Part shown: piece by piece, positions 1 through 15,779 of the stretch | Layout of the letters: the number at the start of each line of letters is the position of its first letter | Position numbering within the stretch: position 1 is the first letter of the stretch | Assembly: GCF_009914755.1 (NCBI RefSeq) | Contig: NC_060935.1 | Reading direction: 5' to 3' (one strand) | DNA from: the human T2T-CHM13v2.0 reference genome, Homo sapiens | Length of the DNA stretch: 64,000 nt | Made by a program: the position numbers and the translations under genes | Notes under the pieces: model-generated | Told to the model about the DNA's origin: nothing | Seen by the model: the letters and a program-made list of their open reading frames with translations, nothing else | The model's database searches: none

Positions 1-1464
1 GGTAAGTCTTGCCCAAGAATCAGAGTTACTGCTTCTGGAGCAATATAAATCAAGTTTAAAAAATTTTATTTAAGTGTCCTGTAGTAATGTTAAAAAGGGG
101 ACATGGTGGAGGTATTCTTTAATCCCTGGCTTTGTCTGACAATTTGTACTTGAATACAATCATCTCATAGTCTGTCAGAGAAATAAGGATCTGAGAATTT
201 CTATTGTCTCATCAGTCTTAAATCCTAAATTTATCCTGGAACTTAGCCCAACTATGAGATTTTAAAATGAGTATGGGTGCAATGTGGTGAACCATGAGGG
301 TCACATTTTGGTGCCTGACATTTCACATCAGTTAAGTTCCTCCTGAACTGCATTCTGCTCATAGGTCTTCCTAAATGTAAGCAGAATAGTAGTAGGAAAT
401 CATGATTAAAAGTCAGTCTCTGGAAATGGCTTAAGTCTGAAAATTTGTGTGTCCTCTTTGTACTAAGTTAAAATTTAGGTCTGGATTGATTTAGGGGAGC
501 CATGCTTTGAACTTAAAATGAGGTGAGGTAGTAAGACCCTGAGATAACTGATTTAATTTCAGGCTGCCCTCCCATTTCATTAGTAGGTATATTGACCCTC
601 TCACTGGCAGTACACGAATCTTCTGCCCCATAAATATGACTCTATTCCTGGAAACATCACTTATCTTAGAACAGATATAAAGTAATTTCCTGCAGACTGC
701 CCCAGAGTTGGGATAAAATCTCATGTGAAGTGACACTGTTGGTGGAGGATAAGCCTCCAGAGAATGGGAACAACTATTATCAGCCAACACTCAAAGTCAC
801 CAAGCTTAGGGGCACTGGGAGGAAGTAGGCAGGGCACCCAAAATATCTTCTATTTCCTTAAATAGCCATTGATGTGTCTCTCATTCATGTATTTTCTAAG
901 ACCTTGTTCATTCTTTTCATATTTCCTGCTGTATTGCCTGTGAAGTAAAGTATCATGTCACAGCAGCATAATCTCAGATTGGGAAGGACCTCCATCTCCT
1001 GTAATAAAAGCCTTCTTTGATGCAGTGTTTCCTGACAAGGGTCATCCGCTGAGTGCCTGTCTCTTTCTAAATCACATAACACAATATTTATTAGAATATC
1101 TGTGCTGAAAATACTCAGGCAGCCACATTATTAGAAATTACCTAACTTTTTAAAATGAAAATATTTTTCTGGTCTTCCTATTCCTTGGCTCTTGGTCTGA
1201 GCTCTGGCATCACAGTCTATATCTAACTGCTGCCTTATATTACATATGGCATATAGGAAGGCAACATTCAAGTATAATAAGCTTATATCGCTAACGATTC
1301 AGGAAGGTCTCTATCCTAGGATTTTTGCTGTTTGTTGAGTAAGTCTGTGCTGACAATACCAGCTTCTTTTTTTTTTCTGTGTAGTTTGATTCTATTATCT
1401 GTCAGCCTTCTGGATTCCACAATTATCTCCGAAGATTCCATCCTTTAACTCATCCTCTACAGGC

Positions 1465-1950
1465 TCTGATGGTTAATTTTATATGCCAATTTGACTGGGC
1501 CATGGGGTGCCCAAATATTTGTCAAACATTATTCTAGATGTTTTTGTGAGGGTGTTTTTAGGCAAGATTAACATTTAAATCGGTAGACCAAGTAGAGCAG
1601 ATGGTCCTTCCTATTGCAGGCGGCTTCCTCCAATCAGTTGAAAACCTGAATAGAACAAAAAGTCTGACCCTTCCCCAAATCAGAGAGAATTATTCCTTAT
1701 TGATGGCCTTCAAACTGGAATCTAGACCTTTTTTTCTGCCTTTAGATTGAACTGAAACATCAAAACTTCCTGGGTCTGAAGCCTGATGGCTTTTGGGTTG
1801 CAAGTACACCATCAATCCTCCTGTTTCCCAGGCCTTCAGACTTGGACTGGGACTAAACTACCAGGCTCTCTTGAGTTTTCAACTTGATGACTCACTCTGC
1901 ATATCTTGGGACTTGCCTTCCTCCATAATCACATCTGCTAATTCCTTATA
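1465..1950 (+). mobile_element. MLT2-family (ERVL) LTR, 5' part; its 3' tail resumes at ~3808-3848
   Basis: Begins TCTGATGGTTAATTTTATATGCCAATTTGACTGGGCCATGGGGTGCCC (MLT2 5' end). The typical tail ATCCTGTTGATTCTATTTTTCTGGAGAACCATGACTAACA lies after the nested insertions. Confidence 0.8.
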
Positions 1951-1990
1951 TTAGGTTGGTGCAACAGTAATTGCAGTTTTTGCCATTATT
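1951..1990. mobile_element. MADE1 (Hsmar1 MITE), left half only
   Basis: TA followed by TTAGGTTGGTGCAACAGTAATTGCAGTTTTTGCCATT, matching the MADE1 TIR. Confidence 0.8.
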
Positions 1991-2045
1991 TTTTTTTAAT
2001 GCAGTGAATTACATTTATTAATTTCCATATTTTTATGTACATTCA

Positions 2046-3806
<1,761 letters not shown>

Positions 3807-4777
3807 AATCCTGTTGATTCTATTTTTCTGGAGAACCATGACTAACATAGGGCCATCTATTTTTGAGGCACTTTGTGACTAATCACTGTCATCTGTCAGT
3901 TTGGTGGCATGTACTTGAAATCTAGGGACATAAACTCCTAAATTTCCCATAAAATAAATTTTGTCTATGAGTTTATTAATAACAATGACTGTGTCTAAGG
4001 ATTTAGGCTATAAAATCAAAAACAGATTTACATTCTTTAATTGGACATGGAGACCTCTGGGTCCTTAATCATTTCTAATCATCCTTGCTGCCCAATTTAA
4101 TACTCATATAATCTAGTAAGTATCTTTAAATATATCACCTTTCATTTACCCTATAAAAATCTGCATCTCTGGTGAAGGAACCCAGCAATTATTTGTTAAT
4201 GAGAGGAATAAAGTTCATCTTCCCCTTATCTAGTATAAATTCATTTTATATGGGAGGAAAAGTGATCTGTAAACTCATTAGACCATACATATTTTTTCAG
4301 TGTGTCTCTAAGATTCTTCCATGTCTTCTTAATCATTTCTAAGATTGGCTTAGTCTACAGAAATGCACACTTAGCCTTTCATTTCCTGACTCAAATTAAA
4401 TATTCTTATGGTATGTTATCCCTTCAAGCCCATACTACACAAGTATATTATTATTTGAAAAAGAAAGGATGGTATTTGGCAAGGGCTTTTTTTAATGTAT
4501 ATTCTTTTACACCTTAGATTTCCCATAACTACATGGTACTTATTTATCTTAATAGGCACCATGAAATTTATTCCTCATGAGGTCCTTCTCTATATAAGTT
4601 ATATTCTTCTTTCAGTCTTGAATGATGAAAAGCTGAATTACAGGCTTCACCTGCTGTAAGAAGGTGGTTCACCAGTTTGTTAGTCCACTGGACCACTCTG
4701 AATTCTACTCTTCTTATGAATACAAATTCATGTGCAGTGTTTCCTGGGAGATAGTGTTATAAATAGGCTTCTTTTCC

Positions 4778-5066
4778 TAACTAACTTTTATTTTAGGTTC
4801 AGGAGTACAAGAGCAGGTCTGTTACATATTTAAACTTGTGTCACGAGGGTTTGTTGTACAGATTATGTCATCACTCACTCAGGTATTAAGCCTAGTACCC
4901 TTTTGTTACTTTTCCTGATCCTCTCCCTCCTTTCACCCTCCATCCTCCAATAGGCCCCAGTGTGTGATGTTCCCCTCCATGTGTCCATGTGTTCTCATCA
5001 TTTAGCTCCCACTCATAAGTGAGAACACGTGGTATTTGGTTTTCTGTTCCTGTATTAATTTGCTAA
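4778..5066 (-). mobile_element. Short L1 3'UTR fragment (old L1PA, ~PA13-16)
   Basis: AACTTTTATTTTAGGTTCAGGAGTACA...CTCCCACTCATAAGTGAGAACAC. AGGCTTCT on both sides is a possible TSD. Confidence 0.8.
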
Positions 5067-7949
5067 GGCTTCTAATAGTACATAGCATTTTACCACAGGA
5101 AGACTTGTAGGAGATCACAGAAAGTTCTAAATTTTATGATAATACTAACATACTGTGTTTATGTTGATTGTTACAATGGGTTTTGAATAGAAAAACATGT
5201 CTGAGTGGATTTCCACCATGTAGCCTTCTGTATAACTAAGTTTGAGATAATTATTTAGTCTTCCCCCCACCTCCGATGTCCTGTGTCTGTATTCATCCTA
5301 CAGCATCTTCTCAGTGAATTTAGTTTCACACTTACTTTCAAGTCAGAAATGAACTTCTTAAACAAGGGAAATAACTTCATAAATCATTCACCAAATGGTC
5401 AACTTTCCTGCCATTTTTAGGTTCCATTTCCTGTATTTTAGAAAAAGAGGCAGCTCTTCTACCTAACAGTATTTTCCAGTTTTAAATATTAGTTAGAGAA
5501 GATTCACATATCTATAACTGAGATGATATAATTATTAATAGCCTTTGGTTATAAGTGAAACTCAACTGAAACTAGGCTGAACAAAACAAATTACAAGAAG
5601 AGGAGTTTATTAGGCTGTGGAATCAAAAAAAAGATTCAAACTGTCCTCCTTGTCACTGAGTCTCAGGAAAACATGGAATCAGAGATTTGAAGATTCTTTT
5701 TATTTATTATCATTTCTTTATCTATAATTTACTCTAAATATTTATTATAGTTTGAAGTCACTTGCCTGATGAAAAACATTGTCATTAACAATTCTAAGCA
5801 TTGCATTTTAGTAATTCTACCACAACAAAAGCATTACTCTTTTTTTTTTTGCAATGTCATATTGAAAAATTCTTTTTAAAAAAGTTCTTCTACTGCGGTT
5901 AGGAGTTTGGAGATACAATGCAAAATATCAGTTTTCATAGGGAACAATATTTTTGGAGTAGAAGGAGGAGAAATTTTCAGAAAAAGAAAGTAGGTACTAC
6001 AAGCATGACGGAATACAAGGCAAAAAGTAGAAGCCACTAAGGATAGTCTACTGTAGTGGAGTACCATTCACACTGGCCTTATAGTTAGAAGATATAAATT
6101 TGAATCATGACTATACCAATTAAAAATGTTATGCCCTTGGAGGGAATATTTAACTTTTTTATATTAAATTTCCCCATCAAGAAAACAGTGATAATATCTA
6201 CCCCACAATATTTTTATGAATAAAATAAGTTGTGGATGTAGTAGAGCATAATTAAGGGACACATGTTTGGTTTTATGAATGATTGAAAACAGGACAAAAA
6301 CCTACCATCACATATATGCACTCACACTCACAATTTAGTATTCAGACTGTGTTGCTCAGGTGACATGGCGTGACAAGGATAAAAAACATGATAAAGCTGA
6401 TTTTTTTATATGTTCAGTTCTTTCACAATTACATCTCTTAATGAAACAGAATATAAATAAGGATTGCAGTTTTTCTTAAGTTGGACTCTCTATGAGCAAT
6501 ACCTGAGATAGGGATTCAAATGTGTGCAATTTATTAATGAATGCTCTCAGGAGACAGGGAGCAAGTAAAAGCAGTGTGGACAGGGGAAGGAGGTAAGCAA
6601 GTGCATACTGAAGCTGGAGCTTAGCTTCAGAAGGCAAGAGGGTCAGTATTTGCCTATGGCCTGCTACCTAAGGAGCAGGGGCCATTTTCTTCATAAGACA
6701 TTTCCTGCTGAGTTGAGAACAACAACCTGCAGAAAGCAGAAACATGAACAATGAGCAGCCAACATTCACAGGTGCACAATTCTGTAAAATGATCGGGGTA
6801 AAACACCAAAGACATAAACAATATCTTCTATATAGTCCCCTCTCTTGTCTCACTGAAGTATTATTTTTGCTCTGATTAAAGTATAATTAAGACATAACCT
6901 CCCTCTTTTTAGGATATTTTAAATTGAGTTATGGGTCCCTTCCTAACTCATCAGACAATTTTAATCAAATGAGAATGACATTGTTGTATTCTTTGGGAAA
7001 TTTACACTTATTACATGGAATCAGAATGTATGTACAGAAAGCAATCATTCTTCAAAAAAATGCAGAAACCTATTTTTTTTTGTTCCTTCAGACCTTTTTC
7101 ATAGCAAAAGGAGGGTGAAGGAACTGTCTCTTCCACTAATTTGGACTAGTCAGCCAGCGTAGATATCTGAGGATGGCCTCAACATTGGAGCTAGCAACTA
7201 GGGTAGTAGAATAAGAATGAGAGCAAGATAGAAGGAGGTACTGACTGTGTCTACGTCCTCTCATTTATCCGTGATTCCTCTTCTCACATTTTTTTGTTAC
7301 AAGTTTGTCAGAAGGTACTGCCTTGGGGAATAAATATGAGTTTATGGTTTTTGAGACAAATTCATTATAATTTGATGGAGGGAGGAGGAACCAACTAGAC
7401 TGTTGAGATGATAAGTAATTAGGTCACTGATCAAAGAAGATTATATTCTTTTTTGCAGGAAAATTCCTGGACTTCAGTGACCAAATTTATAGGTTCCCAT
7501 TGTTTGTATGGACACCTGCAGAGAAATTCATAAGAGTTGGAAATTAGATTTGACATAGTAAACCAAACTCTATTCCATTTCACTCGAACCAACTAATAAT
7601 TTTATATTTTTATGATTCTGTTCCTATCTGCTAACTTTATACCATGAAATAAACATATGTTAGTTACATTATAGACATACCAATAGATGCCTAAGGTATT
7701 GTTATCACAATAATTTAGTGGAAAGCTTAGAGAAATATTCCGTTTACAGGAATGCAACAAAAATTTGTACAAACTACATTTAGCTAAAGAGTTGGGCTTA
7801 AAGAGATACCTTAGGGAAACTTGAAGCTGTATTTTAACACCTATTTTACCAAGTCATATGAGCATGCATGCTAGATATGAGACTTCTTTGCTCTCCTGCT
7901 AAATATTAGAGTTTTTACATTCTGTGAGAGTGACTGTGATGATTGGAGA

Positions 7950-8888
7950 TCAGGTTCCAATTCTATGGGTAGTAAAAAGGTGAAGAATGGCATTCTGAAT
8001 CTGCTTGGTCTTGACACTATATGTTATAGGATTCATTAGTGGAGGGAACAGAAAATAGGCATAGCTCATAATGAGGTGAACAATATGTGGAACCTGCTTT
8101 CCAAAACGATGAATCAGAGACAATCCAATCACTGTGACATAAAAAACCAGGACACAGCAGATATGGGAGACACAGGTAATGAGAGCCTTGGCCCTCTCCT
8201 CTCTGGAGGCAATGCTCAGGACAGTCTTGAGTATCAACACATAGGAGATGAAGATAATCAGATAATCCAGCACAAATATAAAGACTACAAGCACAGCTGG
8301 GTACAGTCGGTTGAAGGTGGTATCAGCACAGGCGAGTTTAATGACATCCTGGTGAAGGCAGAATGCATGTGAAAGAACATGGGAGTGACAATACAGAAAA
8401 AAATAGAGGAGCCTGATTGGGGGAACAACGGATACAAATCCCCTCATCAGAACTCCCAGCCCAATCTTCACTACTCGAGTATTAGTAAGTACAGAGGTAT
8501 ATCTAAGAGGGTTGCAGATGGCAATAAAACGGTCATAGGCCATGGCAAGCAGAATGCCAGACTCGAGAAAGGAAAGTGAGTGTGTAAAGTAGGCCTGGGA
8601 AAAGCAGGCCGCACTTCCAATCTCCCTGTGATCCAGCCAGAGGACTCCCAGCACCGTGGGCATTGTGGTCAGGGCCAGCCCCAGGTCTGTGGCAGCCAGC
8701 ATGGCCAGAAAGAAGTACATGGGCTCATGAAGATTGTGATCTTCCTTAATGAGAAGAAGGAGGGTGCCATTGCCAAAAAGGATGGATATATACATGAACA
8801 AGAAAAATACGGAAATCCAGTGATGAGCTTCCTCCAAGCCTGGAAAACCAGTCAATAGGAAGGGATGGGAGCTGCCGCTGGACGACAT
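7950..8888 (-). CDS. OR51B5: Olfactory receptor 51B5 (class I OR), 312 aa, single coding exon
   Basis: ATG at 8888-8886 gives [26 protein letters not shown] motifs [34 protein letters not shown] are present. The ORF-track N-terminal extension starts at a non-ATG codon. Confidence 0.95.
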
Positions 8889-8889
8889 C

Positions 8890-9480
8890 CTGGGTTTATA
8901 TAGAAGAAATGTCTTTCTGTTTCTGTTATTACCACAGTGCACAGTTCTACCTTCAAGGTATCACTTCGACTATATCATTCTCAGAATTTTTTCCTAAAGA
9001 TAATAATGACATCAATATAAGTGATTGTTTCTCAAAATACATTCTCAGGGTTACTCATACTATTTGTATTCTTAACTGCACATTCCAGGATCTATCTCCT
9101 ACCTACGTAATCAAATTCTTGGAGTTTCAACTGTTTATATGCATTTAAGCATTCTCTTCAGAAAAAAAATTATGTAAACTACAACTTCTAAACTGTTACC
9201 CTTAACTATGCAGATTTTAAAGAATTCGTATTCTATGGGGCATTCAAGGGGATTTCCAGAAAGCTAACACTAATTTTTTTCTGGTCTACCACCTAAACCT
9301 GTAATTGCCTTCACAGTAGTGATCCCTAATCCACATTTTCCTGCATGTAAAGACTTACCTGAATTATCAGCTAAAGTCTCAACAGCCTAAGAAAGAAAAG
9401 TGTGGGAAGAGAAACTCTGCCACTACCACTGTAGCTAAGGAGCAGTCAGATTGAGAAAGAGACACTTGGCCTCCAGATTT
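8890..9480 (-). other. Candidate OR51B5 5'UTR splice sites
   Basis: Minus-strand donor CAG|GTAAGT (GT at 9358-9357). Acceptors ATTATCTTTAG|G (exon from 8993) and TATAAACCCAG|GATG (immediately before the ATG). Motif evidence only. Confidence 0.5.
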
Positions 9481-10029
9481 CATGGACTAGTGATGGGGAA
9501 CAGACATTCACGATTAGTGTGAATTACCCTCTTGTAGAATCCTTCAGTACTACTCACTACTCGTGACAATAGCTCAGTCTAATTATAAGTTAGACTTTGG
9601 GGCTGGAATAAATGATTAGGCCAGCCAAAGACATCACTTATAATAGTGTATCTCCTTCAGTTTAAACATCTTACTGTTTCTTATTTACAAGTAGTGTCTT
9701 TTTCTTTTTAAATTATTTTTCTATAGGCCTACTGAAGTAATTCCCTAGAATCTGACCTCTCTCATTTCAAGTTCTCCATTTATATTTAAACATCCATCTT
9801 CCTGGTTTCCTTCCCTTTATCCCCAGCCATAGGCTTCTGAATCTGTTCTCCCCAATACTGAGTGAGAGCTATTTCACTGCTTAAACGTGGTGCTGTCTTT
9901 TACTGAAGAGAAGAGATTATTCCTTCTGCCACTAGACTAGGGGCTTCTTGCATATAGACATGGTGTTTATTTGCTTTGCTCAACACCTTGCAAAGTATCT
10001 AACATGTGACTGATAAACATTTCTTAGTT

Positions 10030-10930
10030 CACCTAATATTTGTGAACACGCATCATGTGACAGCCATGATATTTAAAGCTCTCTGGAATTAAATGGTAAT
10101 AAGACAAAGTCCCTAATCTTATAAACCATAAATTAAGTTGAAAAATAAATAAGACAATTTTAAACAAATATAAATGCAAGTTTAACATAAAACAGTACTA
10201 CTTGATGTAGATTAATTGGATGGTATTGTATACAAGATAGTATAGCAGTTTGAGGGGCCTAGAACTGCACCTATGAGGAGGTCCCATTTGAACTGAGACC
10301 TCAATACAAAAGAAAACCTGACCGTATACAGACCTAGAGGAAAACTGTTCCAGAGGGAAAATCAGCATGACTGGCATTTGATAAGAAAACAGGAGAGGGA
10401 CAATAGATGATGTCAAAGAAGCAGGTAGTAATCAAGTGTCATAGGGCCTTACAGACCACCACGGAATTTTTGTTTTGTTTTGTTTTCTTCTTACTATAAA
10501 TGTAGTAAAGACATTAGGACACTTTGAAAATCACAATGGAAAATAGTGTGGTGATATATTCTGATTTGTATTTTTAAATTACTCGCTTAGACTGCTATGT
10601 GAAGAAGACTAAGCAAGAGACAAGAAAAGAGATGAGTTAGAAAGCTATTTTAAAAATCCATATGAAGAGTCATGGTGACCTTGACTAGGAGAGAAGCAGG
10701 GGAAATGAAAAAAAGAGAAAAATAGAAAAACTTAAACAGAGACAGATGCATTTTTGAAGTAGTGCCAAGATTTGCTGATATATTAAAAATGGGAGTGAGG
10801 GAAAAATCAAATGAGGTTTCCCCTAGATTTCTGTTTGAACAAATGAAAGAATGGTGAAGCCATTTACTCAAAATGGAAGTCTGAGGGGGATACATATTCA
10901 CTTGTGAGGAAATCAAGAGTCATTAGTAAA
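10030..10930. mobile_element. Degraded L2 (LINE2) relic
   Basis: Purine-rich L2-like blocks such as GAAAACTGTTCCAGAGGGAAAATCAGCATG and GAATGGTGAAGCCATTTACT. Boundaries are approximate. Confidence 0.55.
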
Positions 10931-12238
10931 TATAGCTGAATTAGAGCAAATGCATCCCTTGCTTTTTTTTCTTGTCACATACCAGAACAACTTCTTGAAG
11001 TTGTTTTTATCCTAAGTTAAAAAGATGGTCGTATCCAAATATACCCCTTCAGAGTTACTTTGTCAGTGTAAGGCACTACCCTAAAGATGCCACCAAAGGA
11101 AATGATCCTCTTACCTTCCACCCATAGAGATGAGATCTAACTGTAATAGTTACAGTGAAGAGATGCCAGACAACTGGGCGTGAGGCAACAACTCAGCACT
11201 TTTGGCTTGATGTCAAGGAATAAAAAATTGAAAGAATCATTTTTCAGCATCCATATTCTGTCCTAGGACTGAGAGACATAAACCAGAATTCAGTGCCTAC
11301 TGAACATACAATGAGTGACGTATATTCTTCAGTTACTAGACGCAAAGATAATCCAGCTTAGCTCCTCCCCTTCTGTGTTCTATGTACTTCATTTCTCTGT
11401 CAACACTCTTACTTCTCTGACGTTTCAGCAATAATCTCCTTTAACCTAATCTTTCACTGTATCTCAACTTTGTGAAAAATTCCTTCTTATAAGAGAATAT
11501 GCAGCACAAGTGATGAATCACTACAGGGAAAGCTAACCAAACTGTAAGGCAATGATTGTATTTTGCCAATAATAACCTGCAACTTAAAGTTTCCCCTTCT
11601 CCATTCCCAAGAATTCCATGCAGACATACCTGGTAATGCAGCTATAATAGTGATCTATGGAATCACTCTACTTTGTTTTGTGAAAATTCTTGTGTCCTCA
11701 GCTAGTTGTGGCTCTTGGTTTCTGAGTAGAAAGACAATGAGAGAAGAGATAAAAGCTGAGGAAAAAAAATATAGGGAAGAAAAGAGATCATAAAGACTGA
11801 GGATAGAAGCAAGAAGATTCTATAATGGAACACCTAGAAAATCAGATAAACTTCTTTTACAGCCATAATTTTTCTCTGCTTTGTTTAAAAAGTAAAATGT
11901 AGTAGAATAAGAGGTGCCTTCCTGTTCATCTCTTAGAAAGGAAAGAAGACATATGACAGGGTCAATCATATTCACATCACTGAGTACAGAAGGTCTTAGG
12001 TAGTTGGTTGGTAGCACTTCGAATTGCTTTTGAAGTTCTATCAACTTCAGACTGAAATCTGTGCACACATCCAAAGCTGTGGACTATTGAGATCCTTCAC
12101 TTCTTCTCCTTAATCTTTCTCTGGAGAGCTTATAGAGGAGTCTCCTAGTACACTCTTTATATATCTAGGAGTATTTCACCATACTCCCAGGTACCATAAC
12201 TTGTTTGATGGTGAGGAAGAGCAGGGTTCTTGTGTCTT

Positions 12239-12570
12239 ACCTAAAGACTTAGATCATGTTGTTCCTTCTCAACATCTGTGAAGAGAAGCAGTCACTGTGG
12301 TTATTAATAAAGATAGCACCTTCCCAGATGTCTCCCTTTTATAGCCAACTTGGATCTTAAGAAATATTTACTCTGTATTAACTCCTCCTTAGAGGGAGCT
12401 GGAACACTTAATTAGTCCCCCCAAGCTTTTAAATAATCTTTCTTTTTTCAAATAAGTTACTGGCCGAATCAAGCCACTGGTAGGACCTTTATGTGTGGGG
12501 AATCAGAGAGCCTGTCTTCATAGCCCCAGCAGACTCTGGTATCACCTCTGGGAGGTAATTTATTCCCTAC
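12239..12570 (-). promoter_or_regulatory. Candidate OR51B5 promoter and first non-coding exon
   Basis: Minus-strand TATAAAA (12343-12337) lies ~100 nt upstream of donor TAG|GTAAGA (GT at 12240-12239). O/E-like TCCTTAGAGGGA (12386-12397) and CCTCTGGGA (12545-12553), each next to homeodomain TAATTA/TAATTT (12409, 12556). Confidence 0.5.
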
Positions 12571-14027
12571 ATTTACTTCAACGGTCAAATCTTTCCCAGT
12601 TTATCTCAAGAGAAAGCCTATATATCTTCTTGGCCTATGTAACCTGAATTTCTACTATATTTCCTGCTTGGTTTAGATCAGAGAAAGCTTGAAAGCAGAG
12701 AGCTAGATAGACTAGAGTCAATATAATAAAATTCAGGCAGCCTTCTCTAGTACCCAACGTGAACGCACAATCTGCAGTTATCACTAACTATTCCCTTCTT
12801 GAGTTTAGCCTACCAGAAGTTTTCTCTTTTCCGGGGGATCCAGCAGGCATACTCATCACATGGTGCTTCAGCCAAGCACACCACATCACTTTGTGATGGC
12901 AATTATTATATGCGTTTTACAGTAAGGAATATGAAATGCAATGAGATAAAATAATTCCAAAGTAGCACAGCAAGAGCCAAAGCCACAATGTAGACAAAAT
13001 ATTCAACCTCCAACAGAGGAAAACCTCCAGTAAAAGCCAGGACAGAGACAGAGATCTTGAGTTGTGCTGTTCAAAGCCCAATACCCACAAGGCTGAGGGC
13101 ACAAATAATAGAGAAAAAGATGGAAGGAAGGAGGTAGGGAGAGAGGGAAGAGAGGAGGGAGCAGAAGAGGGAGGGAGGGAAGAACAATAATTATCTAAAT
13201 CAGGAATGGTCTCTGGGGAGGAGCTTTTAAAATAAATGTTCCTACCAGCCAGGCTCATGTGCAGATTCTGAAAAGATGATGCCCAAATCTTTCATACGGC
13301 TAAAGATGTGAGATACATGACTATGGAACTGAAGAATGGAAGGGAACAAAGTTTCAGGTCAGTGAGGGTATTTAATGAATCTCCTCTGTAAGATCTCATT
13401 GCAGGAACCAAGGCAAAGAAAGACAGGGAGATCGAAGCTGATTTCTTAGCAAGAGAAAAGTAATAGTGTTGTCTGCTAAGAGTAGATATATGTAGTAGGC
13501 ATGGGTCCTAAAGACTCCCTGACATCTCTAAAACTTGGTTTCTTTGAGAGTTACCTCTTCAAATATAAAAAAGTGAAGCATAGATTCTGGAACACATAAG
13601 GCAAACAATTCTACGAACAAACCAGAGCATGGGTGTTGACTCAGGCATGAATTATGGGGTTGTAGTAATTTCTCTCCACCTGACTGATTCTTTAATCTCT
13701 CTGGCTTCCATTCTAACCCTGAGAGTCCCCCTGCCCCCAACCCCATGTCTTTTACCCTAGAAGTCCAGATAAGTGCCAAATATAGAATCAACTCTTCCAA
13801 ATTCTTGAGGAGGTATACCTCTGTAATCATCAGAGGTTCAAATACTTTCTAGAAAAAATGTCACTATCTGACCATATGACTAATAAACCAATTCAAAATT
13901 AAGCTTGGATGGAGCTTGGGTTATGTGTGCCTCTGGATCAGGGGTACAGATTCACATAGCCTGTGTGACTTTAGCACCTGGAAAAGTTTATATTGTGTAA
14001 CAGGCATCCACTACTCTTCCATCTTCT

Positions 14028-14223
14028 TTTGCCTGCTTTCTTCTAGCCGCCCTGGCAGCTGATTAGATAGTACCCACCCAGACGGAGGGTGGGTGGGTCT
14101 GCCTCTCCCAGTCTACTGACTCAAATGTTAATCTCCTTTGGCAACACCCTTACAGCACACCCAGGAACAATACTTTGCATCCTTCAATCCAATCAAGTTT
14201 GCACTCAATATTAACCATCACAG
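14028..14223 (-). mobile_element. MLT2A/B LTR 5' fragment
   Basis: Ends CAATCCAATCAAGTTTGCACTCAATATTAACCATCACA, the reverse complement of the MLT2 start TGTGATGGTTAATATTGAGTG. Confidence 0.85.
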
Positions 14224-14878
14224 AAAGGATAATAGCCAAAGGTAAGGGGGTAAAAAAAGGATGGAGATACTAAGTGCTTGAGACAGAAAAGAGTGTCAGG
14301 AAAAGTGAAGGAAAAAAGCCAAAGGGAAGGTGAGAGAATATATGAAAGTTAACATCTGAATGGGCTCCTGCTGAGGTGTCTGCATAGAGCCATCAGTTTA
14401 TGCAGCAGAGTCTGAGACTTTGAGAATTAGTTTCTCATTAATAAAAACTCAAGTCTATTCTATGACAGAGACCCTGGAAGAGGGTGAATGGCTGCAGGGA
14501 TGAGGCAAAGGTTTTAGATTTTTATCCCCTCTGAAACTCACAGATCATCTCATATACCACAAAAGCAACTGAGTGAATCAAGTGAAAGCACTCAGTTTTC
14601 AATATGAAAACAGACAAGACAAACAGCTATTTTAAGGATTCTACCCAAAAAATGAGGTGTATATAATGCCCCAGTCCAATACTTGACACACGGTAGAAAT
14701 TCAACAATTATTTGTTCCATACATTTGTTTCTCAGCTTTATTTTCCCTATCTGGTATTCCTACTCCTGTTTTTTTTTTAATTTATCAATTATATGTTTAT
14801 TTAGTAGTAATATAACACAATTAACTAGATTAATGTTCTGTATTATCTTTTCCCTCCCAGCTTTATTTAGGTATATTT

Positions 14879-15045
14879 AAAATTTGCTAAGAAAGCAGAC
14901 CTCACATATTTTTACTACCAAAAAAATTAAAGTTATTATGTGAGGTGATAGATATATTAATTAGTTTGATTATGGTAATCATTTAACAATGAATACCTAT
15001 AATAAAACAATAAGTTATATACCTATGTACAATTTTTATTTGCCA
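14879..15045 (+). mobile_element. L1MA-type 3' end fragment
   Basis: AAATTTGCTAAGAAAGCAGACC...TATGTGAGGTGATAGATATATTAATTAGTTTGATTATGGTAATCATTT...TACAATTTTTATTTG. Confidence 0.7.
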
Positions 15046-15779
15046 TACTGCTTCTTTAATCCTGCATAAGCTGAGTATTGTCTGAACCTTTCACTGGCAG
15101 GCAGATTGAGCAATAATACCTCCTTTTCTCACTTTTTGAGGACAGAGTTGCTTTCCCCTCTACTTCCCTCAGTCCCAATGCCCCAGGCTCAACGTTACTT
15201 TTAGCTATGTCAGAAGTTCCCACACTGGCTCATCAATCTTTTCTCCTTTCCCTTTCCCACCCAGACATATCACATTTTATCTGCTGATTAGAGAAACTAT
15301 AGTTTAATATCTTTATTTAAAGTCAAACACAGGCTCCTAAAAACCCCATCATCATCTTATATCTGTTCCCAAGGCTTCCACAGAAAAAAAGGAAATCATT
15401 TGACACACCTCTGGGTGAATAATCCTGACATGTACTCACTAGAGAAAGAGAAAGGAGGTGCTTCTCTGAAACAATAACAAAAACACAAAAATAAAAAAAT
15501 TATCCACTCTTTACAAAACATTTCCCCGTACTTTGTGTCAAGAGAATGACTGAGAACACAGAATTATGTAACCAAATCTCAAGATTAAATTACTTTCCCA
15601 AGATCATTATTGTTAGAAAGAGCAGAGCTGAAACTTCAACAAATTCTTCTGAAAATGAAAGTCCAGTAATCTTGGATGCATTCTTTTCATGGACAGAAAG
15701 AGGTCTTGTAAATCGTGCATAAATTTACATCAATATGCTCTTTCAATAGTATATGAGATGTATAGTCCAAACCAACCAT

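Noticed and set aside
8076-8858. Plus-strand ORFs antisense to OR51B5 (and similar antisense ORFs in OR51B6 and OR51M1)
   Set aside because: Shadow ORFs of the OR coding strand with no independent features.
8889-8942. 18-aa N-terminal extension of OR51B5 in the ORF track
   Set aside because: It starts at a non-ATG codon. The ATG at 8888 gives the standard 312-aa OR aligned with OR51B6.
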